DNA of 64,000 nucleotides from a virus (Duplodnaviria; Heunggongvirae; Uroviricota; Caudoviricetes), in the IMG/VR virus record IMGVR_UViG_3300033153_006865, positions 1,035-65,034 of that record. The stretch is one strand, 5' to 3'. The notes under the pieces are model-generated. The model was given only the letters and a program-made list of their open reading frames with translations. It was not told the origin of the DNA and did no database searches. The stretch's first letter is position 1, and every line of letters begins with the position of its first letter. The position numbers were made by a program, and so were the translations under genes. Positions 9,242 to 18,970 of this stretch are shown here, piece after piece.

Positions 9242-9801
9242 AAATTACCGTTAAAATAGTAATGTTTTAAAATGTATAAGACTATATTAATCGCTTGTAT
9301 AATGGTAATATTGTTACTAAGGTTTTTAGTCAGGAATTTAAAACAAATAAAAATAATCAAATCACATTCTTATTTTAAATGGCAATATAAGAGTGTATAA
9401 ACCCATACGATTTAGTTAGTGTTTACCTATTAGTATAAGTATGTCTTATAGGTAAAGAATGAACTTTGGTTTAATCAAGGATGGATCTTACTTGCCGCTA
9501 AATTTGTTAAAACTTTTATTATGTTAGATATACAAATATTTTTAAGCTTCCCTTTAAAGTATAACAAGGGAGTTATCTTAAGAGGGCATTTTATTGTCTT
9601 TACGAACACAGAAATTCTTGCTGGATTGAATTAATAGTTCCCCATTCGCTTAAGACGTGGTATTCAATTACAAATTTGGGCAAAGGCGTTACGCCACATT
9701 TAAGTCGATGGGGGACTATAACCCTACGTTTTAACAACTCAAAATCTATTCGTCTAGTTGTTGAGTTCAACGGCTATTAGCCATCATTAAATATTATTGT
9801 T

Positions 9802-10056
9802 ATGAGAGATATTAAAGAATTATTAGAAGTAGTCAGAGGAGTAATTATCTTGGATCACTTTAAATACGGACTATGTAAAGAATTGCGTGATTTAACGTGG
9901 AGGTCTGAAATCTCACTAAATGAGTCTTTTATAGTAGATGACTACTTCAGGGAAAATCTACCAGGAAGAATATTTCGCTACAATAATGAGCCAGCAGATG
10001 AACCAGACCAATTTTGTTGGAGGGTGGGGGAAAGGAGCCCAGGCTTAAATGGTTAG
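9802..10056 (+). CDS. hypothetical protein
   Basis: 84-aa ORF. Confidence 0.35.
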   Translation: MRDIKELLEVVRGVIILDHFKYGLCKELRDLTWRSEISLNESFIVDDYFRENLPGRIFRYNNEPADEPDQFCWRVGERSPGLNG

Positions 10057-10093
10057 ATGAACATATTATTAAGAATACTAAATAAGCACTATC

Positions 10094-10198
10094 ATGCGAG
10101 ACCTACTCAAACATATCTTTAGACCAGTGAATAATTTAGAAAGGGGATTGGTAGTAGTAGCCCTTATAATATTGGGAATTATAATTGCAAATATTTAA
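10094..10198 (+). CDS. small membrane peptide (34 aa, below ORF-track cutoff)
   Basis: ATG embedded in the AAGCACTATCATG start motif; hydrophobic GLVVVALIILGIIIANI. Confidence 0.35.
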   Translation: MRDLLKHIFRPVNNLERGLVVVALIILGIIIANI

Positions 10199-10273
10199 TT
10201 AGTTACTTATAGACTAGAGTAGGATATAGGAGTTAATCAGGGTAAGTCTTATTCGCCCCGAAAAATTAATACG

Positions 10274-10507
10274 ATGGGAATTAAAGTAGATATTAGTTAC
10301 AGCTGGTCTTGTGACGCAGGAGTTGAAATACCTGAAGCACATAAAGAGGCATTGAAAGAAGATGTAGAAAGTAGAATTTTTGAAATGTTAAAGGGAGGAA
10401 ACAACCAAGGGGAGTTAAACACAACAGTAAGGTTTGGTAAAGATATAGTGCCAGAAGAAGACGAAGAAGAAGGACTTCAATACAGCGGTTGGTGGTTTTA
10501 TTCATAG
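10274..10507 (+). CDS. acidic hypothetical protein
   Basis: 77-aa ORF with EEDEEEG. Confidence 0.4.
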   Translation: MGIKVDISYSWSCDAGVEIPEAHKEALKEDVESRIFEMLKGGNNQGELNTTVRFGKDIVPEEDEEEGLQYSGWWFYS

Positions 10508-10514
10508 AGAAATT

Positions 10515-10574
10515 CGCAGTCACGGTTGCAAATAGTAATAAGCTATTTGGGTGGTTCGAATCCACCGATTGCGA
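10515..10574 (+). ncRNA. tRNA-like element lacking a D-arm (acceptor stem + hairpin + canonical T-arm)
   Basis: Acceptor CGCAGTC pairs 7/7 (one G-U) with GATTGCG. T-arm GGTGG-TTCGAAT-CCACC. Internal 7-bp hairpin CAAATAG-TAATAAG-CTATTTG. Discriminator A. Only 60 nt. Confidence 0.4.
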
Positions 10575-10610
10575 CTAACAGGCGTTATGCCAACTAAAAC
10601 CAAAAAACAA

Positions 10611-10985
10611 ATGAGAAATTTATTATTAGTTATTGCAGTTATTTTTACCGTAGGAATCTGTCACTCACAAGGTGTGTATGAAGTAGATACAAGTTATGTA
10701 GCAACTGAAAACTATTCCTATAAACCCAGTATCAAATTAATTGATGCAACTCTTATTTCAGACAGATTGGATGAAAATAGAATTTGTTTACAGGAGTTGA
10801 AAGATACATTTAATAATCTTTCCTACTATGCTAAGTTATCCAGTGTCCAAAAAATAAAGCTGAATAAAAGAGTTGATTCTTATAAAAAGTGGGAGTCAAA
10901 GACAGATCTAAGTATAGAAAGTAATTATTCCTACGCATATAATTATCTTGATGACTCCATTGACTTAATGAAATCTTACAAGTAA
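10611..10985 (+). CDS. secreted hypothetical protein
   Basis: Signal peptide MRNLLLVIAVIFTVGICHSQ. The ORF track extends upstream to 10551 over the tRNA-like element, so the start is ambiguous (10587 or 10611). Confidence 0.5.
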   Translation: MRNLLLVIAVIFTVGICHSQGVYEVDTSYVATENYSYKPSIKLIDATLISDRLDENRICLQELKDTFNNLSYYAKLSSVQKIKLNKRVDSYKKWESKTDLSIESNYSYAYNYLDDSIDLMKSYK

Positions 10986-11034
10986 TATCATAACACTATC
11001 ATCAGTTCACTCAGTTGTTAGTGTCCAGGGCGTT

Positions 11035-11304
11035 ATGCCACCATTAAACTCATATACTATGTACTATCAATTACACGATGCGGAGAGCGAAGAAATACTT
11101 GGAACTGTTAAAGTCAGGAACGAGAAAGAATGCCAACTTAAAGGCATTTCTCACAGCAACGAAGTTTCAGAAAGTTGGGACGATTTTAATAGGTGCGAAG
11201 AGTCTGAAAATGACCACAGGGATGTTGGGGCGTTTGTTGAATGGAACAATGAAAATAGGGTCACACAGTTGGATCGTATTTACTTAGAGTATTGTCAACC
11301 TTAA
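11035..11304 (+). CDS. hypothetical protein
   Basis: 89-aa ORF. Confidence 0.4.
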   Translation: MPPLNSYTMYYQLHDAESEEILGTVKVRNEKECQLKGISHSNEVSESWDDFNRCEESENDHRDVGAFVEWNNENRVTQLDRIYLEYCQP

Positions 11305-11750
11305 ATATTTATAAATCAAAACCAACAGTTATGAACAGGAAAGGCAGAATCTTAAATAGTGCACTCCTTAAACAGGGGAAGTATGACCGTAAAGGTAAGA
11401 GCTATATGGACCTTTACCATAACAGAGTGTTAAATAAAAGGATAGAGGATTTGATTGTTAAATCTCATGTATTAGCTATTAGAACAAGAATAAGAAAGTT
11501 TATAGATGAGTGCTACAACAGCTTCAAAGACATAGACGAAATTGTAGGGGACCTCTATCCAATGACAGATAGTTGGTTTATAGACCTCGAATGTTTTGAT
11601 ATGGGGTTTGGAGAACTTACTGATAAGGACATCGACAAATATGACCTAGACTTCTGTTTGTACATACCTGAAATAAGAGAGTGTGTAAAAGAGATTGTCA
11701 TTATGGAGATACGAAAAATTGAATCGGGTACATTAAGTATGAATCTTTAA
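11292..11750 (+). CDS. hypothetical protein
   Basis: 152-aa ORF. Confidence 0.45.
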   Translation: MSTLNIYKSKPTVMNRKGRILNSALLKQGKYDRKGKSYMDLYHNRVLNKRIEDLIVKSHVLAIRTRIRKFIDECYNSFKDIDEIVGDLYPMTDSWFIDLECFDMGFGELTDKDIDKYDLDFCLYIPEIRECVKEIVIMEIRKIESGTLSMNL

Positions 11751-11762
11751 AACAGAGATGTT

Positions 11763-12323
11763 ATGAGAAATATAGCAACAATAGTAGAACATTATCTAGT
11801 GGCTGCCCTTTGGACAAATGAGATTGATAATATGTCAGTTAAGTGTAACATGGACAGGAAGGCAATAGAGGACGCCACATTACAAGTACAATGTTTCTTA
11901 GGTGCAGCATCGGCACTGCTTACAGAAGAGTGGACAGACGAACAGATAGGTCATGATTTATGGCTTACTCGTGGTGGACATGGTGCAGGATTTTGGGACA
12001 GGGGTTTACCTAATGGCGATAAGCTTACAGAGATTTGTAAACTGTTTGAGTTTCACGGACATGTATGGGTAGACAATGATAAAGAGATTGTTTACATAGA
12101 GGGAGATGAGCAATCAATTAATTTGTTTGAACACTACGAACTACTTCCACATAATGTGCAAGATGTTTTGATGGAGTTTGGAGAGGTCGAAGATACTTAT
12201 GAAGACTGTGCAAATCTTATAACAAGACTTGAAACAGTTGGATATACTTGTAGCTACTACCTTAACACAGAACCTTTTGATTTAAGATTAAATCAAGAGC
12301 CAGACTTTAAAGGACATTCATAA
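11763..12323 (+). CDS. hypothetical protein
   Basis: 186-aa ORF. Confidence 0.45.
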   Translation: MRNIATIVEHYLVAALWTNEIDNMSVKCNMDRKAIEDATLQVQCFLGAASALLTEEWTDEQIGHDLWLTRGGHGAGFWDRGLPNGDKLTEICKLFEFHGHVWVDNDKEIVYIEGDEQSINLFEHYELLPHNVQDVLMEFGEVEDTYEDCANLITRLETVGYTCSYYLNTEPFDLRLNQEPDFKGHS

Positions 12324-12356
12324 ACTAATAATCACTATCATTAAAAACTTACTACT

Positions 12357-12578
12357 ATGAATGGGTACAGAACAGACGAACAATTTGAAACTATATGTGA
12401 AAATATGGTAAATGGTAACTGGAGTGACGCAGCTCAAAATTGTGTTGACTTTGGCTTCTACGCTAATGATTTGAGCAACAAACAAGAAGAATACGAAGAT
12501 GCTGGAATGAACCCAATTACTGATAGAATGGACTTCGCCACCCTTTGTGAAATGGCTACGGAATTAAGACATAAGTAA
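12357..12578 (+). CDS. hypothetical protein
   Basis: 73-aa ORF. Confidence 0.4.
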   Translation: MNGYRTDEQFETICENMVNGNWSDAAQNCVDFGFYANDLSNKQEEYEDAGMNPITDRMDFATLCEMATELRHK

Positions 12579-12604
12579 AATTAATTATTACTAAAACTAT
12601 TACA

Positions 12605-13351
12605 ATGGAGTATTTAGAACAAGCAAAAAGTTTTTTAGAAACTACGAACACAACGTTTAAGGCAGAATATTTAGAACACGGTCTTCATTTCGAAGGTGAC
12701 AAAGAAAAAAGAGCTATTTACAAGATAACACTTTCAAATAAAGAAGGTGAGTTTTGTTTTGATTTTGGGCAAAGTATAGAGGACAGCTTTAAAAAAGAAA
12801 TGGGACCACAAAGGGATATATTGGAGACTATAAATGTTTATGCGGGGCTAGAGACAGCTTCTTCTTCATGTGGTCATTCCTTTAAGCTTAAAAAAGAGGA
12901 GGGGTTTAATCTTAGTGATGTCCGTTTTCAGGAATTAGCTTCTGATTTAGAAACAGAATACTACAGAAAAATAAGTAATAGGAATGAAAAATTACTTGAA
13001 AAGTTTAATAAAGGTGAAATTAGTCGTAATCTAATGAACGCAAAAAAAGACGGAGGAAATCTCGGATCTGGTGCTTTTACCCAATGCATTCAAAATGCAA
13101 TTAAAAGAGAATTAAACAAAGAAGTTGAAACAGCTGGTGAGTTCTTGCAAATTACACCGACTGAGTATGACGTACTCACTTGTTTAACTAAGTATGATCC
13201 AGAAACGTTTGAAGACTTTTGTAGTGAGTTTGGATATGATGAAGACAGTAGAAAGGCTGAAAAGATATACAAAGCAGTTGTAAACGAATACAATAATGTT
13301 GCGATGCTGTGGAATGACTCAGAAATTGAATTGTTAAGTGAGATACAATAA
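12605..13351 (+). CDS. hypothetical protein
   Basis: 248-aa ORF. Confidence 0.5.
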   Translation: MEYLEQAKSFLETTNTTFKAEYLEHGLHFEGDKEKRAIYKITLSNKEGEFCFDFGQSIEDSFKKEMGPQRDILETINVYAGLETASSSCGHSFKLKKEEGFNLSDVRFQELASDLETEYYRKISNRNEKLLEKFNKGEISRNLMNAKKDGGNLGSGAFTQCIQNAIKRELNKEVETAGEFLQITPTEYDVLTCLTKYDPETFEDFCSEFGYDEDSRKAEKIYKAVVNEYNNVAMLWNDSEIELLSEIQ

Positions 13352-13432
13352 CAGTCGTTTGAGCGACTCAAAACTTCATTAAGCTCAAAGCGTCCCACTT
13401 AGGTGGGGGTTGAACCATTAATAATCACTATC

Positions 13433-13648
13433 ATGAGCAAATACTTTGAAATATCAGGACATTGGAAAGATGACAAAACCGAGTTTGAAGGCTTAATAGT
13501 CAAAGAATTTGATGATGTCGACGAAGATACAGACGATTTAATTTTCTTCTACGGAATGGGTGAGAAGGATTTAAAAGAAGCCGTGGAGCATAAAGAAGAA
13601 ACGGCATTGGAGTTTGTTATAGAATCTTACAAAGAAACCAACCTTTAA
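13433..13648 (+). CDS. acidic hypothetical protein
   Basis: Start chosen at the ATG inside TAATCACTATCATG (13422..13435). Confidence 0.45.
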   Translation: MSKYFEISGHWKDDKTEFEGLIVKEFDDVDEDTDDLIFFYGMGEKDLKEAVEHKEETALEFVIESYKETNL

Positions 13649-13659
13649 AAATTTGAGTT

Positions 13660-14196
13660 ATGAAAACCATTAAAATAACAGTTTATAAGTTCGATGAACT
13701 TTCAAAAAGGATACAACAGTTAGCTATTGAAAAGCTGTATGGCATAAATGTAGACTATGCTTGGTGGGGGACTACCTATGAAGATGCTAAAACAATCGGT
13801 CTAGAGATAGAGAGTTTTGAGCTTGACAGAAATAGACATTGTTCTGGCGGTATTATGTACTCAGGGAATGAAACATCTAATTTAATATTGGAGAACCACG
13901 GAGAAAAATGTCAGACTACAGCCCTTGCAATAGGTTTTCGTTCTCGATGGGATAACTTAGTATCTGAATTTTCAGATGGTGTGAAAACTGATGAGGTAAC
14001 AGAAGAAAACGAACAAGAATTTGACGAAAAAGCCGATGAACTAGAAAAGGAGTTTGAGAACGATTTGTTAAGTGAGTACGCTAATATACTACAAAAAGAA
14101 TCTGAATATCTAATGAGTGAAGAGGCTATAATCGAATCAATCAAAGCGAATGATTATGACTTCACTGATGACGGAGAAATATACCTTATTAAATAA
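13660..14196 (+). CDS. acidic hypothetical protein
   Basis: 178-aa ORF. Confidence 0.45.
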   Translation: MKTIKITVYKFDELSKRIQQLAIEKLYGINVDYAWWGTTYEDAKTIGLEIESFELDRNRHCSGGIMYSGNETSNLILENHGEKCQTTALAIGFRSRWDNLVSEFSDGVKTDEVTEENEQEFDEKADELEKEFENDLLSEYANILQKESEYLMSEEAIIESIKANDYDFTDDGEIYLIK

Positions 14197-14204
14197 GCAC
14201 TATC

Positions 14205-14510
14205 ATGAAAAACACTGCTGAGAATAATAAATTGATTGCGAAGTTTATTAAATTAGGGTTCGCTCAAGATCCAAGAGGTAGTTCACCTCTATTTTATACT
14301 AGAAATAATTTAGATTACAAATCCAGTGAACTGAAATTTCATTCATCATGGGATTGGTTAATGCCAGTAGTAAGTGAAGTTGGTAAATCTTCTGACGAAA
14401 ACACCCTAGAAATAATAAAGGATATTGAGTATGGCTTGATTAACGTATCCATAGGCAATGTATATGAAGGGGTGATAGAATTTATCAAATGGTACAACGA
14501 AAACAAATAA
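14205..14510 (+). CDS. paralog-family protein (copy 1 of 4)
   Basis: Shares KLIAKFI, SSWDWLMPVV and GVIEFIKWYNENK blocks with the ORFs at 17051, 20364 and 22624. Start within AAGCACTATCATG. Confidence 0.55.
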   Translation: MKNTAENNKLIAKFIKLGFAQDPRGSSPLFYTRNNLDYKSSELKFHSSWDWLMPVVSEVGKSSDENTLEIIKDIEYGLINVSIGNVYEGVIEFIKWYNENK

Positions 14511-14511
14511 T

Positions 14512-14748
14512 ATGAAAACATTCCCCAACAAATTAGAGCTGAGGATCCACACCTTAAACCTCCTTGCATTCACAGAGATGGAACACATCTTAGATGAGGA
14601 AGAAATAGCGGAACGACTAACAACTGAAGCGTTTGAGGCTGCAAAGGAATTTGGATTCGACTTCGAAGATGAAGAGCATAGAGAGTACCTCTTAAAAGCA
14701 ACAACACCGGAGTCTCTTAAATATTTAATAGAGCAGTTAGAAAAATAA
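14512..14748 (+). CDS. acidic hypothetical protein
   Basis: 78-aa ORF. Confidence 0.4.
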   Translation: MKTFPNKLELRIHTLNLLAFTEMEHILDEEEIAERLTTEAFEAAKEFGFDFEDEEHREYLLKATTPESLKYLIEQLEK

Positions 14749-14779
14749 GGCAATATTGCCGTCATCAATAATCACTATC

Positions 14780-15016
14780 ATGACAGAATTTATAGTAGAA
14801 CTAGTTAAGCTGAAAGAGGAAAAATTGAAAATCCTACTGGCGTTTGCAATTGTGGCTATAGTATTAAGTGGGACAGCAGTAGGATTTTCAATTCTCACAG
14901 AACCTCATCAATATAATTACTACATTGATATTGACCAAGAACACGGTGTAATTATCAATAACGATACTATTCAGCTAGAGCAGTTGGAAGAATACATCAT
15001 TGAAGATAATATTTGA
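14780..15016 (+). CDS. membrane hypothetical protein
   Basis: Start within AATCACTATCATG; one TM helix. Confidence 0.45.
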   Translation: MTEFIVELVKLKEEKLKILLAFAIVAIVLSGTAVGFSILTEPHQYNYYIDIDQEHGVIINNDTIQLEQLEEYIIEDNI

Positions 15017-15019
15017 ATT

Positions 15020-15295
15020 ATGGAAATAAGATATATAAAACTATTAACATACAACCAAGCTTGTGATGTAATAAAATTTGTAAATAATAACGATATCCAT
15101 GACTATGCTAATCCAACAACCGGTGGAGTGTCAGTCCAATCTATAGATTTTAAACCAATTGAAAAATTTATTAAGGACAAAGGATGGCAACATGAATGGA
15201 GCGAAGTACCTCCACATAAGGTAAATGAAAAAATAGTCGAGAGTCTAAAAGACGATATTCTAACAAAAGAAAAAAAGGTTTATAACGGCTATTGA
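15020..15295 (+). CDS. hypothetical protein
   Basis: 91-aa ORF. Confidence 0.45.
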   Translation: MEIRYIKLLTYNQACDVIKFVNNNDIHDYANPTTGGVSVQSIDFKPIEKFIKDKGWQHEWSEVPPHKVNEKIVESLKDDILTKEKKVYNGY

Positions 15296-15341
15296 CGGAT
15301 CGTATGGCATAGACCCCATATCCAATTGTGATTCATACAGA

Positions 15342-15497
15342 ATGGGTGTTACCAAGTTAGAGTATGATGAGGACAACAATACGTTGAATGTCTATCTTAG
15401 AAGACCTGGGCTATTAATTGGTAAAGCAGGCTCAAATATAAATAAATTAAAAGAATATTTAGGGGCCGAAATTCATATACATGAGGTCATCTTTTAA
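15342..15497 (+). CDS. KH-domain mini-protein (51 aa, below ORF-track cutoff)
   Basis: RPGLLIGKAGSNINKLKEYLGAEI contains the KH GxxG loop (IGKAG). Confidence 0.35.
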   Translation: MGVTKLEYDEDNNTLNVYLRRPGLLIGKAGSNINKLKEYLGAEIHIHEVIF

Positions 15498-15510
15498 TAG
15501 CAATAAAACG

Positions 15511-15534
15511 AATCACTATCATTTCGTTTCATTA
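15511..15534 (+). promoter_or_regulatory. hairpin presenting the TCACTATCAT motif in its loop
   Basis: aaacgaa-TCACTATCAT-ttcgttt. Confidence 0.4.
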
Positions 15535-15697
15535 CGGGTTTGTGACTAAAGGCTGTTAAGCCACAAAAAGGAGGGAGCATGAAGAAATAATTATTTAAAC
15601 TTGCAAACTAAAAAGTAGGCACAAAAATGTTCTACGACCAAACAAAAAGGAAGAGCAGGAAACGTAAGCCTCTCCATTTTACTTAAAACTCAATATT

Positions 15698-15940
15698 ATG
15701 AATACACCAATCTATAATTTAGAATTGAAAATGAAAGACAGCATTCCAGAGGAAAGCAGACAACTTTTCAAAGCCATAACTTGGAACAGCCTATTGGAGA
15801 ATTTAAAACCAAAGGATTTTTCATTATCAACTGTGGCGTGTGTTAATACCTATAATAGACTTGCTACTATAGTTGAAAATGAAGGTACTATTACTATACA
15901 ATGCCCCACATCCGGTTCAGAATTAATAATAACTTACTAA
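15698..15940 (+). CDS. hypothetical protein
   Basis: 80-aa ORF. Confidence 0.4.
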   Translation: MNTPIYNLELKMKDSIPEESRQLFKAITWNSLLENLKPKDFSLSTVACVNTYNRLATIVENEGTITIQCPTSGSELIITY

Positions 15941-15957
15941 TTAACCATATAAAAGTT

Positions 15958-16125
15958 ATGAAAAGAATACTCATTATAATCTATTTATTGATAATGGGTA
16001 TCCTATCTTATTTCATGCTGATATTAGTCAGCTCTGTGGCAGCCTTCTTACTAGTACTAACCTGTGTAGTAAGAAGGAAACAGTCATGGTACGAAGATAA
16101 GGAGGTGCCTCCATTATTATACTGA
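15958..16125 (+). CDS. small membrane protein
   Basis: MKRILIIIYLLIMGILSYFMLILVSSVAAFLLVL. Confidence 0.4.
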   Translation: MKRILIIIYLLIMGILSYFMLILVSSVAAFLLVLTCVVRRKQSWYEDKEVPPLLY

Positions 16126-16211
16126 ATGCCTGAGACACTCGAATAGAAAGAGAAAACCAGCAGGTAGCCTTTGCAAGTAACTGGTCACTTTTATTAACTA
16201 AATCTAACATT

Positions 16212-16409
16212 ATGCGGATATATTATATAATCCTTATTGCAATGTTTTTAGAGATTCTAGTTATCGAAGTAATATTATTAGAAACATATGTGAGTCTAGA
16301 TCCGAAGCCATACAGAAGCTTTGGTAATTGGCTCCTTTCTATTTACAACGATAAAGAACCTCATCCATTGACAAAGAGTGCGCCTGAAGTACATTCTCCC
16401 AAAGAGTGA
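16212..16409 (+). CDS. small membrane protein
   Basis: hydrophobic N-terminus. Confidence 0.35.
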   Translation: MRIYYIILIAMFLEILVIEVILLETYVSLDPKPYRSFGNWLLSIYNDKEPHPLTKSAPEVHSPKE

Positions 16410-16596
16410 GAATAGAAAACCAGCAGGTATGTAGTCACAAATAACTGGTCGCTATGAAGAACCCCAACACGGGGATAAAAAGGAATCGCCCACCTAACAG
16501 TAGGAATCAGAGGCGATTATATAGAAAGTACGGAAATCCCCTAATAAACTGGGGGATTTCTGCCAAGCCTGTTAAGGCACCATTAAAATTAAGACC

Positions 16597-16794
16597 ATGA
16601 AAAATAGATACACATTCGATGTAATACACCGAGACAGTTTTCCAAGACAATTCCAAGTCAGATTTGCAAACCAAAATGATGACGAAGGGGATGTTTTTGA
16701 CTCGCTCAAAGGTTGTCTAAAAGTTTTGGACAAAAGCATGAGCTTTGATGTGTTTATATCACTAGAAGTAATGAGAGATTTTGTAAAACTTTAA
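16597..16794 (+). CDS. hypothetical protein
   Basis: 65-aa ORF; its stop codon TAA abuts the start motif of the next gene. Confidence 0.4.
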   Translation: MKNRYTFDVIHRDSFPRQFQVRFANQNDDEGDVFDSLKGCLKVLDKSMSFDVFISLEVMRDFVKL

Positions 16795-16806
16795 ATCACT
16801 ATCATG
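16793..16806 (+). promoter_or_regulatory. start-codon-embedded conserved motif AAATCACTATCATG
   Basis: One of at least 9 copies: 10084, 13422, 14195, 14770, 16793, 17595, 18574, 19296, 20713. Confidence 0.6.
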
Positions 16807-17040
16807 AAAACAATCAAGGTACAGAGCGATGAACACAATATACATATAGATTGTCCAGAATGTGATATGTGGGAGCAATTGGGGGGGGGGGTGGACGACC
16901 CCCGAAAGAGGTTAAATGTATTACCTATAATCAAATGGCTGCCTGGTGAAGACGATTCACATGAAGAGTCAATTCATAAATGTGTTGGCTGTGAAACAGA
17001 ATTTAAGGTTGAATGGGATTATAGTAATCCAATAAATTAA
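16804..17040 (+). CDS. zinc-ribbon protein containing an in-frame G10 tract
   Basis: CPECD...CVGCE; GGGGGGGGGG at 16878..16887 encodes GGG. Confidence 0.45.
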   Translation: MKTIKVQSDEHNIHIDCPECDMWEQLGGGVDDPRKRLNVLPIIKWLPGEDDSHEESIHKCVGCETEFKVEWDYSNPIN

Positions 17041-17050
17041 AAACATAGGT

Positions 17051-17377
17051 ATGGAAACTGCTGAAGAGAGTAACAAGATTATTGACTTATTCATGGCTGA
17101 ATTTGAAGAGCATGAATCAGACAGACTTAATATTATTAATGACCTACTAGTTAAAGGCCACACACCAAATAGGTATGATGAGTCTTGGAGTTGCCTAATG
17201 CCAGTAATAGCAGCAATGAACTTTGAATGTAGGATATTGGACGGTGCAGCCGACCAATATGAATCAGTTGTCCAAACGATAGAAGATGCTATTTGGACTG
17301 ATGACATAAGCCAAGCGTTCGAAGCGGTAGTTGAATTTATAAAATGGCACAATGAAAACAATAACGATAAGAGCTAG
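17051..17377 (+). CDS. paralog-family protein (copy 2 of 4)
   Basis: ESWSCLMPVI and AVVEFIKWHNEN. Confidence 0.55.
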   Translation: METAEESNKIIDLFMAEFEEHESDRLNIINDLLVKGHTPNRYDESWSCLMPVIAAMNFECRILDGAADQYESVVQTIEDAIWTDDISQAFEAVVEFIKWHNENNNDKS

Positions 17378-17609
17378 GTACCAACCCTCTAGTAAAGCCC
17401 ACATATTCCTCTCTTCTTCACCAAGGACTTACAAAGGAGACTTTCTCAATAGTATGATAAGCCTACCAAAATCACAGGTGGAAATCATAGAAGTTAAGGA
17501 AATAGCTATGAGTTTGAAAGAGGTAACTGTGAGTATGCCGGAATGGTTATATGACACACTTCCGTTTGGAGAATCTGAGTGGGGTAAAAAACTAAAATCA
17601 CTATCATGA
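17352..17609 (+). CDS. hypothetical protein
   Basis: 85-aa ORF. Confidence 0.35.
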   Translation: MKTITIRARYQPSSKAHIFLSSSPRTYKGDFLNSMISLPKSQVEIIEVKEIAMSLKEVTVSMPEWLYDTLPFGESEWGKKLKSLS

Positions 17610-17827
17610 AGAATTATATTTTAATGCACACTCATAAACATGGGATAACTTATTACTTATTCAGAAGTAATAGAGCATTTTCAGGGTACTATGATGAAGA
17701 GAACGAGGAACCTGATTTCGAGCTACAACAAGTGCTTTCTGGGTTAGGCATATATTACGAGCCCGATAGAAATGAGAGTCTAGAAATAGAACAAGGTGTG
17801 GAAGGGTTAAAAGAATTTAAATTTTAA
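17606..17827 (+). CDS. hypothetical protein
   Basis: Start within AAATCACTATCATG. Confidence 0.45.
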   Translation: MKNYILMHTHKHGITYYLFRSNRAFSGYYDEENEEPDFELQQVLSGLGIYYEPDRNESLEIEQGVEGLKEFKF

Positions 17828-17895
17828 TTATTACAGAACTGAAATAACCTTGCAAAAACTTGCAGGAGATTTAAATTTACATTACATTTGTTATT

Positions 17896-18576
17896 ATGAA
17901 ATTCCTCACTAAAGCAAAATCAAAGAATAGTTTGAGTACATGGATATTGTATCTCAATCCTGCCGAGCAAAATAGTAAAGGTATAAATCTATGTCCATTT
18001 GCATCGAAAGGTTGTCTGGTATCTTGTATTCATACAGCAGGAAGTGGCGGATTAGATATTGTAAAGGAAGCAAGAGCAAGAAGGACTGAACTTTTAGTGA
18101 AGAATCGCAGACAGTTTTACATGCAATTGGCAAAAGAGATACTTAGTAAAGTTGCTTATTACCAACGTAAGAATCAAATGATTGCTTTTAGGCTAAATGG
18201 TACGAGTGATATCGACCATGCTAAGGCTTTAAAAGTGTATGCTGGATTGGAGATTGAAGACCTTCACGGTAAAGCTGTGTTCTTTGATTTTACAAAAAGT
18301 ATTCACATGGCTGTAAAATACAAAGACTCCCCTAACTATATCCTTACGTTTTCAAGAGCTGAGGATAATCAAGAGCATGTATTAACAGCGATGGAGTATA
18401 ATATAAATGTATCTGTTGTGTTCTCAAATAAACCCCCAAAAGAATTTTTAGGAAAGTCTGTTATAGATGGGGGCCAAAACGGGATTATGATGATTTATAA
18501 CAGGAATGTAATAATAGGAATATTGGCTAAGGGTGCTGCCAGAAAAGATACTACAGGATTCACTATACAAAACTAA
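17896..18576 (+). CDS. Cys-motif hypothetical protein
   Basis: 226 aa with CPFASKGCLVSC. Confidence 0.45.
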   Translation: MKFLTKAKSKNSLSTWILYLNPAEQNSKGINLCPFASKGCLVSCIHTAGSGGLDIVKEARARRTELLVKNRRQFYMQLAKEILSKVAYYQRKNQMIAFRLNGTSDIDHAKALKVYAGLEIEDLHGKAVFFDFTKSIHMAVKYKDSPNYILTFSRAEDNQEHVLTAMEYNINVSVVFSNKPPKEFLGKSVIDGGQNGIMMIYNRNVIIGILAKGAARKDTTGFTIQN

Positions 18577-18583
18577 CACTATC

Positions 18584-18970
18584 ATGAAAAAAGAAAAGCA
18601 ATATCTAAAAGACCACTGTATTAAAATCTATGCTGGTAACAATCATATCCATATGGATGATGTAGCAGAGGCCATGAAAGGGTTTTCAGAGCAACAACTT
18701 GAAGAGAAAGAGGGACACTACCAAGGAGCCTACAACGGCCTTAAGTTCAAATTTGATGAGGCAGAAGAAAAGCTTAAGAAAGCAAACAAAACTTCTAACT
18801 ACTGGATGAAGTCAAGTCTTTCAGCAGAAGATGCTGTAAAAGAACGAGACAACCAAATCAAGCTTTTGAATGATGCCTTGAAAGAACTCAACGATTTAGT
18901 GATACAGCAAGAGCCTACTCATAGTTGGAAAAGGTATGATGATTTAATCACTAGTAGCCCTATTTCATAG
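18584..18970 (+). CDS. hypothetical protein
   Basis: Start within TAACACTATCATG; coiled-coil-like. Confidence 0.45.
   Translation: MKKEKQYLKDHCIKIYAGNNHIHMDDVAEAMKGFSEQQLEEKEGHYQGAYNGLKFKFDEAEEKLKKANKTSNYWMKSSLSAEDAVKERDNQIKLLNDALKELNDLVIQQEPTHSWKRYDDLITSSPIS

Noticed and set aside
16878-16887. G10 tract as a frameshift site
   Set aside because: Here the tract is in-frame (it encodes Gly-Gly-Gly-Val) and the ORF is intact. Noted only as a slippage-prone tract.
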